62,414 nt of DNA, filler included, from Candidatus Delongbacteria bacterium (GCA_016937995.1; 3 parts of 3 records of this genome joined end to end with filler, not necessarily neighbours in it); one strand, 5' to 3'. Shown: positions 9,805-20,751, numbered from the whole stretch's first letter. Notes: generated by a model from the sequence alone, not told the origin. Translations and numbers: made by a program.

Positions 9805-12800
9805 TTAAAATAATTTTGATCGATTCGAAAACAAATCCCTAGCAACTATCTTACCTCTCTCAAAGAACGCATACATCACAGGAACTACTGTTAAAACAAA
9901 TATCGTGGAAGCCGTAAGTCCTCCAATGGTTGTAACTGAGAAAGAATACCAGAAATTCTTCTCTGAATCAGAATTAATGATCAAAGGTAAAACACCCAGG
10001 ATCGTAGTTATTGAGGTCATAAGCACCGGTCTTACCCTTTCTGATGTCCCTAACACAATAGCATTCATCAGATCAAGACCCTGTTTTCTTTTTGTGTTTA
10101 TATGATAGATCAATATGATAGAATTGTTTACTACGATACCCTCCAGAAGAATAACTCCCATATAAGCATCCTCTCCAAAATGTTCTCCGAGAACAAGAAA
10201 GATCAGGAACACACCTGCCAAGCTTAAAGGAATGCTCAGAATTATCACAAATGGATGCAGCAGGGACTCAAACAAGGATGCTGTTACCATAAAAACAAGT
10301 ATGATCGCCAGAAGAAGTAATCCCATTACCTCTTCTTCTTCTTCATCTGTCATAAATCTATCATCCGTAGTATCGAATTCGTATCCGGCCGGTAAAGGAT
10401 AAGTTTCTTCTATGGAAGTTTTAAATTGCTCAACCTGCTTTGATGAGGAATTGTAATCATACCTGATGTACCTCGTATAACTCTGATCCTCTTTTTCAAT
10501 TTCACTCATTACAGGAAATTTTTTTATCTCAGCGATCTCTTTGACCCTGAAACCTCTTCCCTGTGAATAAATAATCTTATCCATAAGATCTTTAATATTG
10601 AACTCATCATAATCGGAATACTTGATATTCATTTCGATCTCTTCCTCATTGAACAGAATACTTCTTCCTCTGCTACCGCTTGATGCAAGGATCTCAAAGA
10701 CCAGATCTCGGATATTTATATCATAATCAGCAAGCTTTCTTCTATTGATATTTATCGTGTAGTTGAACATGTCGGATGATCTCCACCATCTGTTCGTTGC
10801 AGCGATATCTACTTCACTGACCCTTCTGTCAGACAGTAGATATTTCTCAAGTTTTAATGCTTCCTCTTTTAATCCTTCGTAGCTAAAACCTTTTAAACGT
10901 AAAGTTGAATTATATGACTTTGATGTAGTTCCTCCTGATCTGTAGCTGCTTGATGAATTAAGAGGGTTATAAATTGATATAAATGGTCCCTGAAAATTCA
11001 CAGCCATTGACACCATTTCATTTTCCATGTCAAAAGGAGCGATCGAATAGAATTGTTCTTCTGTATAATTAACTTGTAAACTAACATATGTAGGGTAAAT
11101 ATCAGTTGTGAAAGACTTATATCCTCCCACTTCAAGAACTCTTTTTTCGAATTTTTCAATGATCTTTTCTGTCATATCGATAGTTGATCCAACAGGCATA
11201 TGAATTCTGAGATATACTGAGTTTTCGGGATTCCAATTGAACCTTCTACCCTGATCAACATAGTTTTGAAACAGGAAATATGAAAGATAAAATATAACTC
11301 CGGTAAGTATCAGAACTATCTTTCTGTTGTTAATAAATACAGTAAGGAATTTTTTGTAACCTTTAAAACTACCGTTCACTTTCTTCATAGCTTTATTACG
11401 GTACTTTTCAGTAAGGAATATCCTTGTTAAGATCGGTATGAATGTTATAGATACCAGCAATGATGATAATAAACTTGTCCCGACTGCCACTGCCAGTGGT
11501 ATCCAGTACAGTCTTCTTTCTCCGGACATATAGAGGAACGGTATAAATACCACTAAAGTCGTTAAAGTTGAACTTACAACAGGTAAAATGACCTCTTTTG
11601 TTCCTTCAATGGATGCTCTGACCTTATCCATTCCTTCATTGAAAAGCCTGATAATATTTTCCAGAACAACAACTGAATTATCCACCAGAAGTCCGAAACT
11701 AAGTATTAATCCGGACAAAGTCACAATGTTCAAAGAATAGTTAGCAAAATACAGCAGAAAACCGCTCATTAAAAGACTTAAAGCAACTGATATTATAACT
11801 ACAATTGAAAGTTTTACATTTAACAGGAATATCATTAGAACGAGCATTATGACGACAATACTGAATAATGCTCTCACTTTGATATCGTCAAGTTCCTCCC
11901 TGATCGTTTCTGTCGAATCAAAATTTACTTCTGCCTCAATTGAACCGTCATTGTGTTTTTCCCTAAAATTCTGAACTGCCTTATCAACAAGATCGGCAGT
12001 TGTTATGGCATTTGCACCAGGTTCTTTCATTATAACCACATTGACAGATGCTTTACCGTTTATCCTGTTTATACTTGTTGGATCTTTTTTTGCGATCACA
12101 ACTTCAGCAATATCAGATATTTTGATAGGAATACCATTCCTGTAATCCACAACAGCATTATTAATATCGTTAAGGTTTTTGAATTTATTATTTATCGTAA
12201 CTGAAAATTCATAGTTCTTATCATTGCCCTCAACCGTTCCGGCATTCGTTGTGTTATCAAGCTGATAGAGAATATAATTCAATACGGATGTGCTTATCTT
12301 ATAGAATTCTGCTTTTTCTCTATCTACCAGTACTCGTATCTCGTTTTCCGGGATACCGTTTATTTCAACACTGTTTATACCTTCTATCGACAGTATTTCA
12401 TTCTTTAATTCATTCTCTATGATCATTCCTGTTTCATCAAGAGAAAGATTACCGAAAATATTATAGCTTACAAGCTCACGGCTTTCATCAAGTTCATCCC
12501 TTGGAACATATTTCATAATGAACACAGAGTTTCTAACTGCTTCAGGAAGATCTTTTCTTACCTGAAATAATTTTTCATTCAAAGCGAGATAGGCGAAGTT
12601 CATATCAGTATCTCTTTTATACTCGATAGTGATCGTACCTCTACCGCTTTCAGAGCTGGATGTTACTTTATGAATATTCTCCAGAGTATATACCTGAGAT
12701 TCTACCGGGGAGATAACTTTTGTCTCCATTGTTTCAGGAGATACATTATTCCATCTTGCATAAACTTTCAGGTTGGGATATTGTGTATCCGGTTTTAATT

Positions 12801-12897
12801 CCAGAGGAATATTATAAAATGATATCAGGCCGAGTATCACTATACTAATGAAGAACATTATGATCGTGACCGGTCTTTGTAAAATTTTATCTAACAT
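9805..12897 (-). CDS. RND efflux permease (AcrB/MdtC-like)
   Basis: 1030 aa, GLLVDNSVVVLENI, RVRPVLMTSITTILG, 12-TM RND layout. Confidence 0.93.
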   Translation of the reverse strand: MLDKILQRPVTIIMFFISIVILGLISFYNIPLELKPDTQYPNLKVYARWNNVSPETMETKVISPVESQVYTLENIHKVTSSSESGRGTITIEYKRDTDMNFAYLALNEKLFQVRKDLPEAVRNSVFIMKYVPRDELDESRELVSYNIFGNLSLDETGMIIENELKNEILSIEGINSVEINGIPENEIRVLVDREKAEFYKISTSVLNYILYQLDNTTNAGTVEGNDKNYEFSVTINNKFKNLNDINNAVVDYRNGIPIKISDIAEVVIAKKDPTSINRINGKASVNVVIMKEPGANAITTADLVDKAVQNFREKHNDGSIEAEVNFDSTETIREELDDIKVRALFSIVVIMLVLMIFLLNVKLSIVVIISVALSLLMSGFLLYFANYSLNIVTLSGLILSFGLLVDNSVVVLENIIRLFNEGMDKVRASIEGTKEVILPVVSSTLTTLVVFIPFLYMSGERRLYWIPLAVAVGTSLLSSLLVSITFIPILTRIFLTEKYRNKAMKKVNGSFKGYKKFLTVFINNRKIVLILTGVIFYLSYFLFQNYVDQGRRFNWNPENSVYLRIHMPVGSTIDMTEKIIEKFEKRVLEVGGYKSFTTDIYPTYVSLQVNYTEEQFYSIAPFDMENEMVSMAVNFQGPFISIYNPLNSSSSYRSGGTTSKSYNSTLRLKGFSYEGLKEEALKLEKYLLSDRRVSEVDIAATNRWWRSSDMFNYTININRRKLADYDINIRDLVFEILASSGSRGRSILFNEEEIEMNIKYSDYDEFNIKDLMDKIIYSQGRGFRVKEIAEIKKFPVMSEIEKEDQSYTRYIRYDYNSSSKQVEQFKTSIEETYPLPAGYEFDTTDDRFMTDEEEEEVMGLLLLAIILVFMVTASLFESLLHPFVIILSIPLSLAGVFLIFLVLGEHFGEDAYMGVILLEGIVVNNSIILIYHINTKRKQGLDLMNAIVLGTSERVRPVLMTSITTILGVLPLIINSDSEKNFWYSFSVTTIGGLTASTIFVLTVVPVMYAFFERGKIVARDLFSNRSKLF

Positions 12898-12910
12898 GTT
12901 TTTTCCTTCC

Positions 12911-12936
12911 GGTCGTACACATCAGTACGACCCTAC
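12911..12936 (-). repeat. GTAG-type REP-like palindrome
   Basis: Minus strand GTAGGGTCGTAC-tgatgt-GTACGACC; second copy at 17972-17997. Confidence 0.7.
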
Positions 12937-12980
12937 GGTTTTGTTTGTCGTGGTTTGTGGTTTCGGGTACAAGATCTTGT

Positions 12981-13029
12981 GCCACTTGCCACTTGCCACT
13001 TGCCACTTACCACTTACCACTAATCACTA
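12981..13029. repeat. Heptamer tandem repeat (RCCACTT) x7
   Basis: GCCACTT x4, ACCACTT, ACCACTA, ATCACTA; related short arrays near 29675-29700 and 55141-55167. Confidence 0.85.
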
Positions 13030-16000
13030 TCTTTTTCTCTTTCTTCAAAGCCTCGAATACAACAGGTAAAATTATCAATACCAGCATTGTAGCAGCAGAA
13101 AGTCCGAAAATAACGGTTATAGCCAAAGGTTTTCTTATCTCTGATGATCCACCCCAGCCAATTGCCATAGGGATCATACCGAATACAGTGGAAACAGTTG
13201 TCATTAATATCGGCCTTAATCTCTTCTTACTTGCCTCAAGTATAGCATCTCTTATCGAGAGACCTGATTTTACTCCGTTCTCTATAAAATCTATCTTCAC
13301 GATCGCATCATTCACAACTATACCTATCAGCATTATCATTCCTATTCCTGAAAGTATGTTAAATGATTGACCTGTTACAAATAGTCCGATAGTTACACCT
13401 ATAAAAGCAAAAGGTACACTGAAGACAATTATGAAAGGGCTTAATAAAGATTCGAACTGTGAAGCAAGGACCATATAGACCAGGACAAAAGATAACAGGA
13501 ACATGAAAATGATCTGCTTCATTGATTCTTCCATTTCACTATTTTGGCCTCCTATTACAATCCTCATACCCTTGTATAGCTGAACGTTTGCCAATTTATT
13601 TTCAACATCTTTTATGACCTTGTCAAACCTGCCCTCCACAATATTTGCTGTGATAGTGAAAACTCGGTTCTGACTTTCATGTTTAATCGTCTCAGGTCCG
13701 TTCACAAAATCTATTGTTACTATTTTATCCAGCGGAATTACAATATCACCCTTTCTGTAAACAGTTTTGATCACATTTTTAATATTCTGACCCAATTCAT
13801 CCGCAGTTCCTACAATAATATCCACTGGTTTGTTATTCTCGGTTATCTGAACTGCTGTTTCCCCCTTTATCATTGTTTTGATAAAATTTGAAACTTCCAT
13901 CTTGGAAAGATTATAATCTTCCAGTAATTTCGTATTGAACTCTATCTGTATCTGAGGTTTATTTCCAGAGTAATCAGTCTTTATCTCACTTAAATTATCG
14001 ATCTGCTGCAGATCTTCCATAACCTTCTCAGAAATTTCAATTAAATTGGAGAGGTTACTTCCTGATATCTTAACACTGATATCCCCTTCCTCAGGTTTTA
14101 TCATTTCACCCAGAATTGAAACATCTGTATTTATGTTAAGCTTGATGTCTGATTCAAGACTGGAATTATATTTTGTAATATCAGCTCTCAAATTCTTTAC
14201 AAATTTTTTGGTTGAAATATTACTTTTCAGTTTTACCTGAATATCACCTTTGTAAACTGTAGCCCCGGTAAGCAAAGATTTCTCATCATAGACACCTCCG
14301 GTCGAGAACACCGAAATTACACCGTCAAGTTTTTCGATCATCTTCTCATAATCTGTTATTATATTTTCTGTTTTAAAAATGCTAGTACCCGGATTAAGTT
14401 CGACCGAAAGAATGAATTCATGACTGTCAACATCAGGCATCATCCTTTTTTCAATCCCTAATGATATCAGTAATGAGAGCAACAGAACTCCAACTGCCAT
14501 TGTTAAGGTTATTTTTTTATACTCAAGAGCTTTTAAAAGCACAATATGATACTTTTCCTCGAACCATTCATATGATCTGTCAAATACTATCAATATCGGT
14601 TTTGAGATTATAAGAACGAATTTTATAAATGCTTTTCCCCAGAAGATGAATAATCCTATCAATACTGCAACTGACCCGAAGATAACTAATTTTAAAAATT
14701 TTCTGATCCTCGTTAAAAAGAATACTTCCCTTACTATTTTTTTATCAACTTTGTAAAACCTTGCCGGGTTGAAGATACCGAATAAATTGAGCACAAAGAC
14801 TATTCCTCCAAGAATATATGCATAAAGCATAAATCCGTTCGTACTTAATTCTTCTTCATATGGCTGGAGTATATCATTTATGAATGTTGATATATCATAC
14901 AGAAAATTATCTACAGTACCTATGAGGAATGAAAAATTTGAGAAGGAGATCAGTTGTTGAATAGGTTCAAAATAATCGATCTTGGTAATAAATGCAGCAG
15001 GTATACTGAGAAGCAAGATCACAGTAAACCAGATAAAATTTATAAGATAGAAGTTGAATTTATCCTTAAAATGCAGATCCTTATTTTTCCTTTGACTTAC
15101 GAAAAACTCAATTGATTTTAATACCGGATCTGTTATAATCGCAAGAAATAGAATATAGACCAATGCATGTTCATCTATTGGTATTTTACTTATTTTAACT
15201 ATTCCGAAATATACTGCTGTCATAACGGCCCAGTATATTCCGGTTTTGAATATAATTCCGTTATCACTTGTAATACTCTTATCCTCTTTCTCAATTACTC
15301 TTTTCTCGATAGAGAATTTAGAATATAACACTGGGACAAGTGTCAGTGACACAAATAAAGAACTTATCAAAGCGAAAGCTACAGAGATAGACTGATCTTT
15401 GAACAGAACCCCTGCGGCACCTGATACGAATACTACAGGCATGAAAACAATGATCGTAGTAAATGTTGACGCTGACACAGGAAGAATAACTTCTTTGACA
15501 CCATCATAACATGCATCAAAAATACTTTTACCCATATTTCTGTGCCTTGTAATATTTTCCAGTACTACAATGGAGTTGTCAACGAGCATACCTATTCCAA
15601 GTGCAAAACCGGATAAAGACATCAGGTTCAGAGATATTTTTGAAAAATATAACAAAGAGAAAGTTGCAAAAATACTTATCGGCATTGCCAATGAAATGTT
15701 CAATGGCGACTTGAAATCTCTGAGAAATAGAAATAATGTAAGGAAAGATAATATTCCTCCCAGTAATATAGCAGATACCACGTTACTGATCGACTCCGAG
15801 ATAAAATCCGACTGGTCGTAAACTATGTTCAGATTCACATCGAGATTCCCTTTGAATTCCTCCATAACGTCCTTAACGAGTCCTGATACAAGTACAGCAT
15901 TTGCATCACCGTCTTTCCTTATCAGAATTCCTGTAGAATTGTCTCCATTATATCTTGTAAATGATTTTTTTTCTTTATCTGAATAACCGACAGATGCCAC

Positions 16001-16756
16001 ATCTTTAATATAAATATTTCTCTTGTTCGACAATTGTTTTATGAGTGTGTTCTCAATGTCAGATAGGTCTGCAATCTCTGATGAAATAACAAGATCGTAA
16101 ATATAAACATCATCTCTTACTGTACCACCTGATGAATTGGTATTGGCACTTTTTACGGCATTTGTCAAAGTATTGAATGATATTCCGAAAGTATTAAGTT
16201 TATCAATGTCCGCTTCTATCCGTATCTCTGTCTCCTCACCACCGATGACATCAGCCATTGCAACACCATCGATCTGCTCGATACGCTTCTTTATAATATG
16301 TTCCGCAACATCCCTTGTGGTTTTAGGATCTTTTCCTGTTACAGCTAGGATCATAATAGGCTTTTGTCCAGGATCTATACGGAGAATGTTTGGTCTTTCA
16401 GCAGTTTCCGGAAGACTGACAGCATCAAGTTTCTCACGAAGATAAAGAACTGTAAAGTCCATATCTGTTCCCCAGACAAAATCTATCGTTATAAGACTGA
16501 TGTCTTCTTTTGACTCAGATTTTATGCTCTTAATACCCGAAAGACCTGCAATAGAGGCTTCAAGTGGTTCAGTAATAAGTCTTTCTATCTCTTCAGGGTT
16601 ACTTCCTTCATGCTCTGTCCATACGGTCACAGATGGATACTTAATATCGGGTAATAGGTTTACCGGTAATTTATTATATGATATTATTCCGAACACTGTG
16701 ACAGCAGTGAATATCATTATGATCGTTATAGGTCTGAGTAGTATATTTTTAAGCAT
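13007..16756 (-). CDS. RND efflux permease (AcrB/MdtB-like) with a ~240-aa hydrophobic insertion
   Basis: GMLVDNSIVVLENI, RLRPILMTT; 1249 aa against ~1030 typical. Confidence 0.92.
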   Translation of the reverse strand: MLKNILLRPITIIMIFTAVTVFGIISYNKLPVNLLPDIKYPSVTVWTEHEGSNPEEIERLITEPLEASIAGLSGIKSIKSESKEDISLITIDFVWGTDMDFTVLYLREKLDAVSLPETAERPNILRIDPGQKPIMILAVTGKDPKTTRDVAEHIIKKRIEQIDGVAMADVIGGEETEIRIEADIDKLNTFGISFNTLTNAVKSANTNSSGGTVRDDVYIYDLVISSEIADLSDIENTLIKQLSNKRNIYIKDVASVGYSDKEKKSFTRYNGDNSTGILIRKDGDANAVLVSGLVKDVMEEFKGNLDVNLNIVYDQSDFISESISNVVSAILLGGILSFLTLFLFLRDFKSPLNISLAMPISIFATFSLLYFSKISLNLMSLSGFALGIGMLVDNSIVVLENITRHRNMGKSIFDACYDGVKEVILPVSASTFTTIIVFMPVVFVSGAAGVLFKDQSISVAFALISSLFVSLTLVPVLYSKFSIEKRVIEKEDKSITSDNGIIFKTGIYWAVMTAVYFGIVKISKIPIDEHALVYILFLAIITDPVLKSIEFFVSQRKNKDLHFKDKFNFYLINFIWFTVILLLSIPAAFITKIDYFEPIQQLISFSNFSFLIGTVDNFLYDISTFINDILQPYEEELSTNGFMLYAYILGGIVFVLNLFGIFNPARFYKVDKKIVREVFFLTRIRKFLKLVIFGSVAVLIGLFIFWGKAFIKFVLIISKPILIVFDRSYEWFEEKYHIVLLKALEYKKITLTMAVGVLLLSLLISLGIEKRMMPDVDSHEFILSVELNPGTSIFKTENIITDYEKMIEKLDGVISVFSTGGVYDEKSLLTGATVYKGDIQVKLKSNISTKKFVKNLRADITKYNSSLESDIKLNINTDVSILGEMIKPEEGDISVKISGSNLSNLIEISEKVMEDLQQIDNLSEIKTDYSGNKPQIQIEFNTKLLEDYNLSKMEVSNFIKTMIKGETAVQITENNKPVDIIVGTADELGQNIKNVIKTVYRKGDIVIPLDKIVTIDFVNGPETIKHESQNRVFTITANIVEGRFDKVIKDVENKLANVQLYKGMRIVIGGQNSEMEESMKQIIFMFLLSFVLVYMVLASQFESLLSPFIIVFSVPFAFIGVTIGLFVTGQSFNILSGIGMIMLIGIVVNDAIVKIDFIENGVKSGLSIRDAILEASKKRLRPILMTTVSTVFGMIPMAIGWGGSSEIRKPLAITVIFGLSAATMLVLIILPVVFEALKKEKKIVISGKW

Positions 16757-16777
16757 GTTTATCCTCTGAATAAAATA

Positions 16778-17956
16778 TTAACCGAAAATCTTTCCCAAAA
16801 CTCCAGGTATTGATAAAAATAGAGTTATCAACAAAATAATTCCTACAAGAACTCTCTTTGGCAAACTTGCATTAGCTTCCATATATGCATATCCTGCGAG
16901 CATGAGCAAACCAGGGAAACCAATAACCAATAATAATGGCAGAGCTATTAACCAGTGAAATAATACCATAAATGGTGTAAATGATATAGTTGACATAAAT
17001 ATTGCCCAACTTACCCAATACATCGTCAAGCCGACTATGGTAACAAACAACATATATAAAGCATTATTCTTATTCTCTTTTCTCTCGCTAACCTGACTAC
17101 CTAGATATTCAATTTTTTTCTTCAAGATATCAGGTATCTGTAAGAATATCACATATATCATGTATTTAAACGTACTCTTCCTGCTTGAACTGAAATGTTC
17201 ATTAATTGCTTCATCTAAAATATCGTTGTAATTTTTGATAACAGGAGGCGGATCTTTGTATCCAAGATAGAATTTGCAATTATCGTATACTGTTTCCAGA
17301 GGAATATCTTCTAATCCTAGTTCAAAATCATACTCAAGTACATCCAGTCCATGATCTTTAAGAACTTTTGTATAGTCCTTCCCAAATCTTCTATAATTTC
17401 CGAGTATACCGTACAACTTAAATCTATCATTATATGAAGTGATCGGCATTTCATAAGTTGTTTCTCTATTCTCATCGATATTAGCCTGTAGGACTATAAA
17501 ACCATCAAATGTAATGATCCGGTTCAACTCTTTGATCACCATTTTATAGGATGGTAATTTTTCCAGAACATAATTACATATTATTACATCAAAGTGATCA
17601 TTCGGATATTTACCCTTTAACTCTTCATCCCTGATGGAAAAATCTCCGGTCGAATTGAATATCTTAACTTCCGTATTAGGAAAATTCTTAAAATATTCAG
17701 TGATCTCGTTCTTTTCGCTGATGACAAGAATTTTTAATTCCCCTTTCAGCAGTTCAGTTCTTGACTGTAAAAATAAAAGAAGTGTTCGCTCTTCTTTTGA
17801 AGAGGCACATATCGGACAGTAATTACTTTTACCTCCGTCTTTTCCGTAAGTAGCCATCCTGTAGAATCTGCCGCAGAACGGGCAGTATAATTCATTACCC
17901 GCAAAGTAATGAGACTTATACAGTACGTAATCTTCTTTTATCTTTTCAAATGCCAT
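16778..17956 (-). CDS. Class I SAM methyltransferase-like protein with an N-terminal CxxC..CxxC and three C-terminal TM helices
   Basis: CPFC/CPIC pair, FDVIICNYVLEKL..ELNRII..DG, RRFGKDY; hydrophobic C-terminus. Confidence 0.65.
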   Translation of the reverse strand: MAFEKIKEDYVLYKSHYFAGNELYCPFCGRFYRMATYGKDGGKSNYCPICASSKEERTLLLFLQSRTELLKGELKILVISEKNEITEYFKNFPNTEVKIFNSTGDFSIRDEELKGKYPNDHFDVIICNYVLEKLPSYKMVIKELNRIITFDGFIVLQANIDENRETTYEMPITSYNDRFKLYGILGNYRRFGKDYTKVLKDHGLDVLEYDFELGLEDIPLETVYDNCKFYLGYKDPPPVIKNYNDILDEAINEHFSSSRKSTFKYMIYVIFLQIPDILKKKIEYLGSQVSERKENKNNALYMLFVTIVGLTMYWVSWAIFMSTISFTPFMVLFHWLIALPLLLVIGFPGLLMLAGYAYMEANASLPKRVLVGIILLITLFLSIPGVLGKIFG

Positions 17957-17971
17957 ATGTTATTCCCGTTT

Positions 17972-18063
17972 GGTCGTACATTTGGGTACGACCCTACATT
18001 TGTCATCCTCGTGCTTGACACGGGGATATTTTTTTTAACTGGCGAATGTTGATTCGCCCCTAC
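17972..18063. repeat. Cluster of three REP-like palindromes
   Basis: GGTCGTAC..GTACGACCCTAC; GTCATCCTCGTGCTTGACACGGGGAT; GGCGAAT..ATTCGCCCCTAC. Confidence 0.7.
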
Positions 18064-18095
18064 TTCATCATTGGATATTCCGTGTTGAATATTGA

Positions 18096-19313
18096 TTATT
18101 CTATTACCTTTACATCCGCATCATGTGCCAATGTGTAATTATTCGTTACAACAACATCATCTCCTAACTTCAACTTCGGATCTTTCTCATCAAGAATGAT
18201 CTCTGTATAATTAAAATTTGAAAGTCCTGTGTTGACATATATCCATTTGGCTTTCTCATCCTGAACAATAAATACAAGTTTTCTGTTGTCCCTTGTCAGG
18301 ATCGCTTCATTCGGTACTATTATTTTATCAAAGTAGATCTTACTCTCTATCTTAACATTTCCCCTCATTCCTGATTTAATTTTAAGATCATCGTTGGGTA
18401 TATTGACCAGTATCTTACATGTACCTGATGCCTGATCTATTATCGGAGAAATAGTTTCAATTGTTCCGTTGAATACAATATCCTTCAATGCTTCAAATTT
18501 CACCTCCACCTTTCTACCGTCAGTAAGATCACCCACCTCACTTTCAAGTACAGGTATCTCCATTTCTATCATCTTATAATCAACAATTGTCATGGATCTG
18601 CTGCCGGTATTTAAATACTGACCTTCAACAAGATTCAAATTCGCAACATAACCTGATGATGGTGCTCTTACAGTTGCATACTCATAATCCAGTTTGGCTT
18701 TTTTATAGCTGATCATTGCCTGAGTTAAACCTGTAGAAGATTTCAATACTTCAACACTTCCACCCTGGTTAAAAATAAGGTCAACTTCAAGCTCAAGTTT
18801 TTTATCTTCAAATTCTTTTTCACTGATCTTTCCTGTTCTTCTCTGCTCATTCAATTTATTTATAGCTTCATCAAATTTTTTATCATTGGCTGTTGTACTT
18901 TGATCTTTTATTTCATTTTTCCTTATACCGTAAGCTATCTTAGCCTTCAAAAGATTATCCTTTTCCCTTTCAAGGTTAAGCAGATATTGTTCATTATCCA
19001 GAGTGAAAATAAGATCACCCTTGGATACGTAGGAATTTTCTGAGACATATACTTTTTTTACAAAACCACTTACCTGAGGATAAATATCAACTGACCTTTC
19101 AGCTTTAGCAGTTCCGGTAGTATTGATATACATTATCAAATTCTGTTTGGCCAGTTTAACTGTCTTGACCTTTACAAAAGATTTTACCTCTTTTGCCTGA
19201 TCCTTCAGCTCTTTCATCTTGGCATCTTTATCTTCAGCCTTAGGTTTCATTATTAGATATGTTATTACTGCTATGATAATTACTGTCAGAATTATATACG
19301 TTTTATTCTTCAC
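18096..19313 (-). CDS. RND membrane fusion (periplasmic adaptor) protein
   Basis: N-terminal TM, SGFVKKVYV.E..V.KG and RAPSSGYV lipoyl halves, ISPIIDQASGT, IVPNEAI; its GTG start overlaps the TGA of the upstream gene. Confidence 0.92.
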   Translation of the reverse strand: MKNKTYIILTVIIIAVITYLIMKPKAEDKDAKMKELKDQAKEVKSFVKVKTVKLAKQNLIMYINTTGTAKAERSVDIYPQVSGFVKKVYVSENSYVSKGDLIFTLDNEQYLLNLEREKDNLLKAKIAYGIRKNEIKDQSTTANDKKFDEAINKLNEQRRTGKISEKEFEDKKLELEVDLIFNQGGSVEVLKSSTGLTQAMISYKKAKLDYEYATVRAPSSGYVANLNLVEGQYLNTGSRSMTIVDYKMIEMEIPVLESEVGDLTDGRKVEVKFEALKDIVFNGTIETISPIIDQASGTCKILVNIPNDDLKIKSGMRGNVKIESKIYFDKIIVPNEAILTRDNRKLVFIVQDEKAKWIYVNTGLSNFNYTEIILDEKDPKLKLGDDVVVTNNYTLAHDADVKVIE

Positions 19314-20569
19314 TGTTGTCTCCCTACTGAATTATAAAGATCATATTTCGAAATAATAAAATTGTACAGATAATTAATTTTTCTGTTCTTTGCACTGATA
19401 AAATCATTTCTTGCTTTCAGATAATCTGATACTGATTTATCACCGATTGCAAAAAGTTTTTCGGCCAGTTCCAGATTTTTCTGAGCAAGCTCGATATGTT
19501 TATCTGCCAGCTCCAGATTGTTCTTCTGATTTTGCAGGTCTAATAGCTTTGTTGTGATCTCATTTTTCACTTCCAATATCTTGGATTCCAGAGAAAGCTT
19601 ACTTTTTTTCACTTCAACTTTATTTTTATCTATTCCATTTAAGTCTGAATAGCTTAAGTTAATTGAAAGACTCAAAGATCCAGTAATAAGATCAGATACC
19701 CCTTCGAATGGTTTACCAACAGGTGATGTTTTGTCATAGCTCAATACATCAGTAATACCATAATCATAAGCTAATACTCCTGACAATGAAGGTAAATAAT
19801 TGTCATACTGCATCTTTAGCATAAGATCCTGCTGACCGAGATAGTTCTGATATTTTATTATGTCAGGTCTGTTTTTCAAAGCTTCTTCTATCAGTTCTTT
19901 TTTATCGAAATCAAATACTGTATCCAGTTCTTCTTTGTATTCAATGTCAAATTCGTCATTCTGTATCTGATAGTGCATCAGGTATAATAAATTTTGCTTT
20001 TGTTTTACAAGATCAGATTCTTTATTCTTAAGATCTATAGTATCTTCCGACAGAGTTACTTCGAAGCTTAACAGGTCTGATTGAGACATATTACCCATTG
20101 AAAATCTAAGCTGTGCTTCTTCAAACTTTTTCTGACTGTATTCCAGCTTGTCTTTTTGCAGTTTAAGATTCTCTTTTGCTATCAGTACTCCAAAAAATGC
20201 TGCTGTAACATAATTTTTCATATTGTTCACATTATCAGTGTAATCCAGCGATGTATTGACAGAAGAAACTTTACTGTACTTGTAGTTGTGGATTAGACCA
20301 GGGCTCAAAGTTCCGGATACACCGACTGATGAACTTAAATTCGATCCTAAATTATCTTCATCATCTCCCGACAAGCCGTAACTTCCGTTAGCACTGATAT
20401 CAAAGAATCTGTTCCTTGCATCTTTGACGTTCATATCAGAGATCTGTTTCTGATAATCTGATATCTGTATGCTTTTGTTATTCTTCTCTGCGTAATCCAA
20501 ACACTGGTTTAGATCAAATGTTACAGCATTTGCCAGTTGGAACGCTAAAAGTAAAATTAAAATTCTCAT
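19310..20569 (-). CDS. TolC-family outer membrane efflux protein
   Basis: Signal peptide, two OEP repeats (..NRPDI..YLPSLS..), first gene of the RND operon. Confidence 0.88.
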   Translation of the reverse strand: MRILILLLAFQLANAVTFDLNQCLDYAEKNNKSIQISDYQKQISDMNVKDARNRFFDISANGSYGLSGDDEDNLGSNLSSSVGVSGTLSPGLIHNYKYSKVSSVNTSLDYTDNVNNMKNYVTAAFFGVLIAKENLKLQKDKLEYSQKKFEEAQLRFSMGNMSQSDLLSFEVTLSEDTIDLKNKESDLVKQKQNLLYLMHYQIQNDEFDIEYKEELDTVFDFDKKELIEEALKNRPDIIKYQNYLGQQDLMLKMQYDNYLPSLSGVLAYDYGITDVLSYDKTSPVGKPFEGVSDLITGSLSLSINLSYSDLNGIDKNKVEVKKSKLSLESKILEVKNEITTKLLDLQNQKNNLELADKHIELAQKNLELAEKLFAIGDKSVSDYLKARNDFISAKNRKINYLYNFIISKYDLYNSVGRQQ

Positions 20570-20592
20570 ATTTATTCCTATATTTTATTTTT

Positions 20593-20736
20593 GTCTTTGC
20601 GAGGATTGTTTACAATCCGTGGCAATCTTTCTTTTTCTATGCGGGTTAAAGGGCTTGAAACCCCTTGCTCACAATGTCATACTCGGGCTTGACCCGGGTA
20701 TCCAAGGGTTGTGGACGTTATAAATAACGCCCCTAC
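20593..20736. repeat. Cluster of four REP-like palindromes of different families
   Basis: GTCTTTGCGAG..GTGGCAATCT; AAGGGCTTGAAACCCCTTG; GTCATACTCGGGCTTGACCCGGGTATC; GGACGTTAT..ATAACGCCCCTAC. Confidence 0.7.
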
Positions 20737-20751
20737 TCCCTATACCCTGAT

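Noticed and set aside
12848-13370. Plus-strand ORFs with CHLPLAT-like repeats
   Set aside because: Translation of the heptamer repeat and antisense shadow of the RND genes
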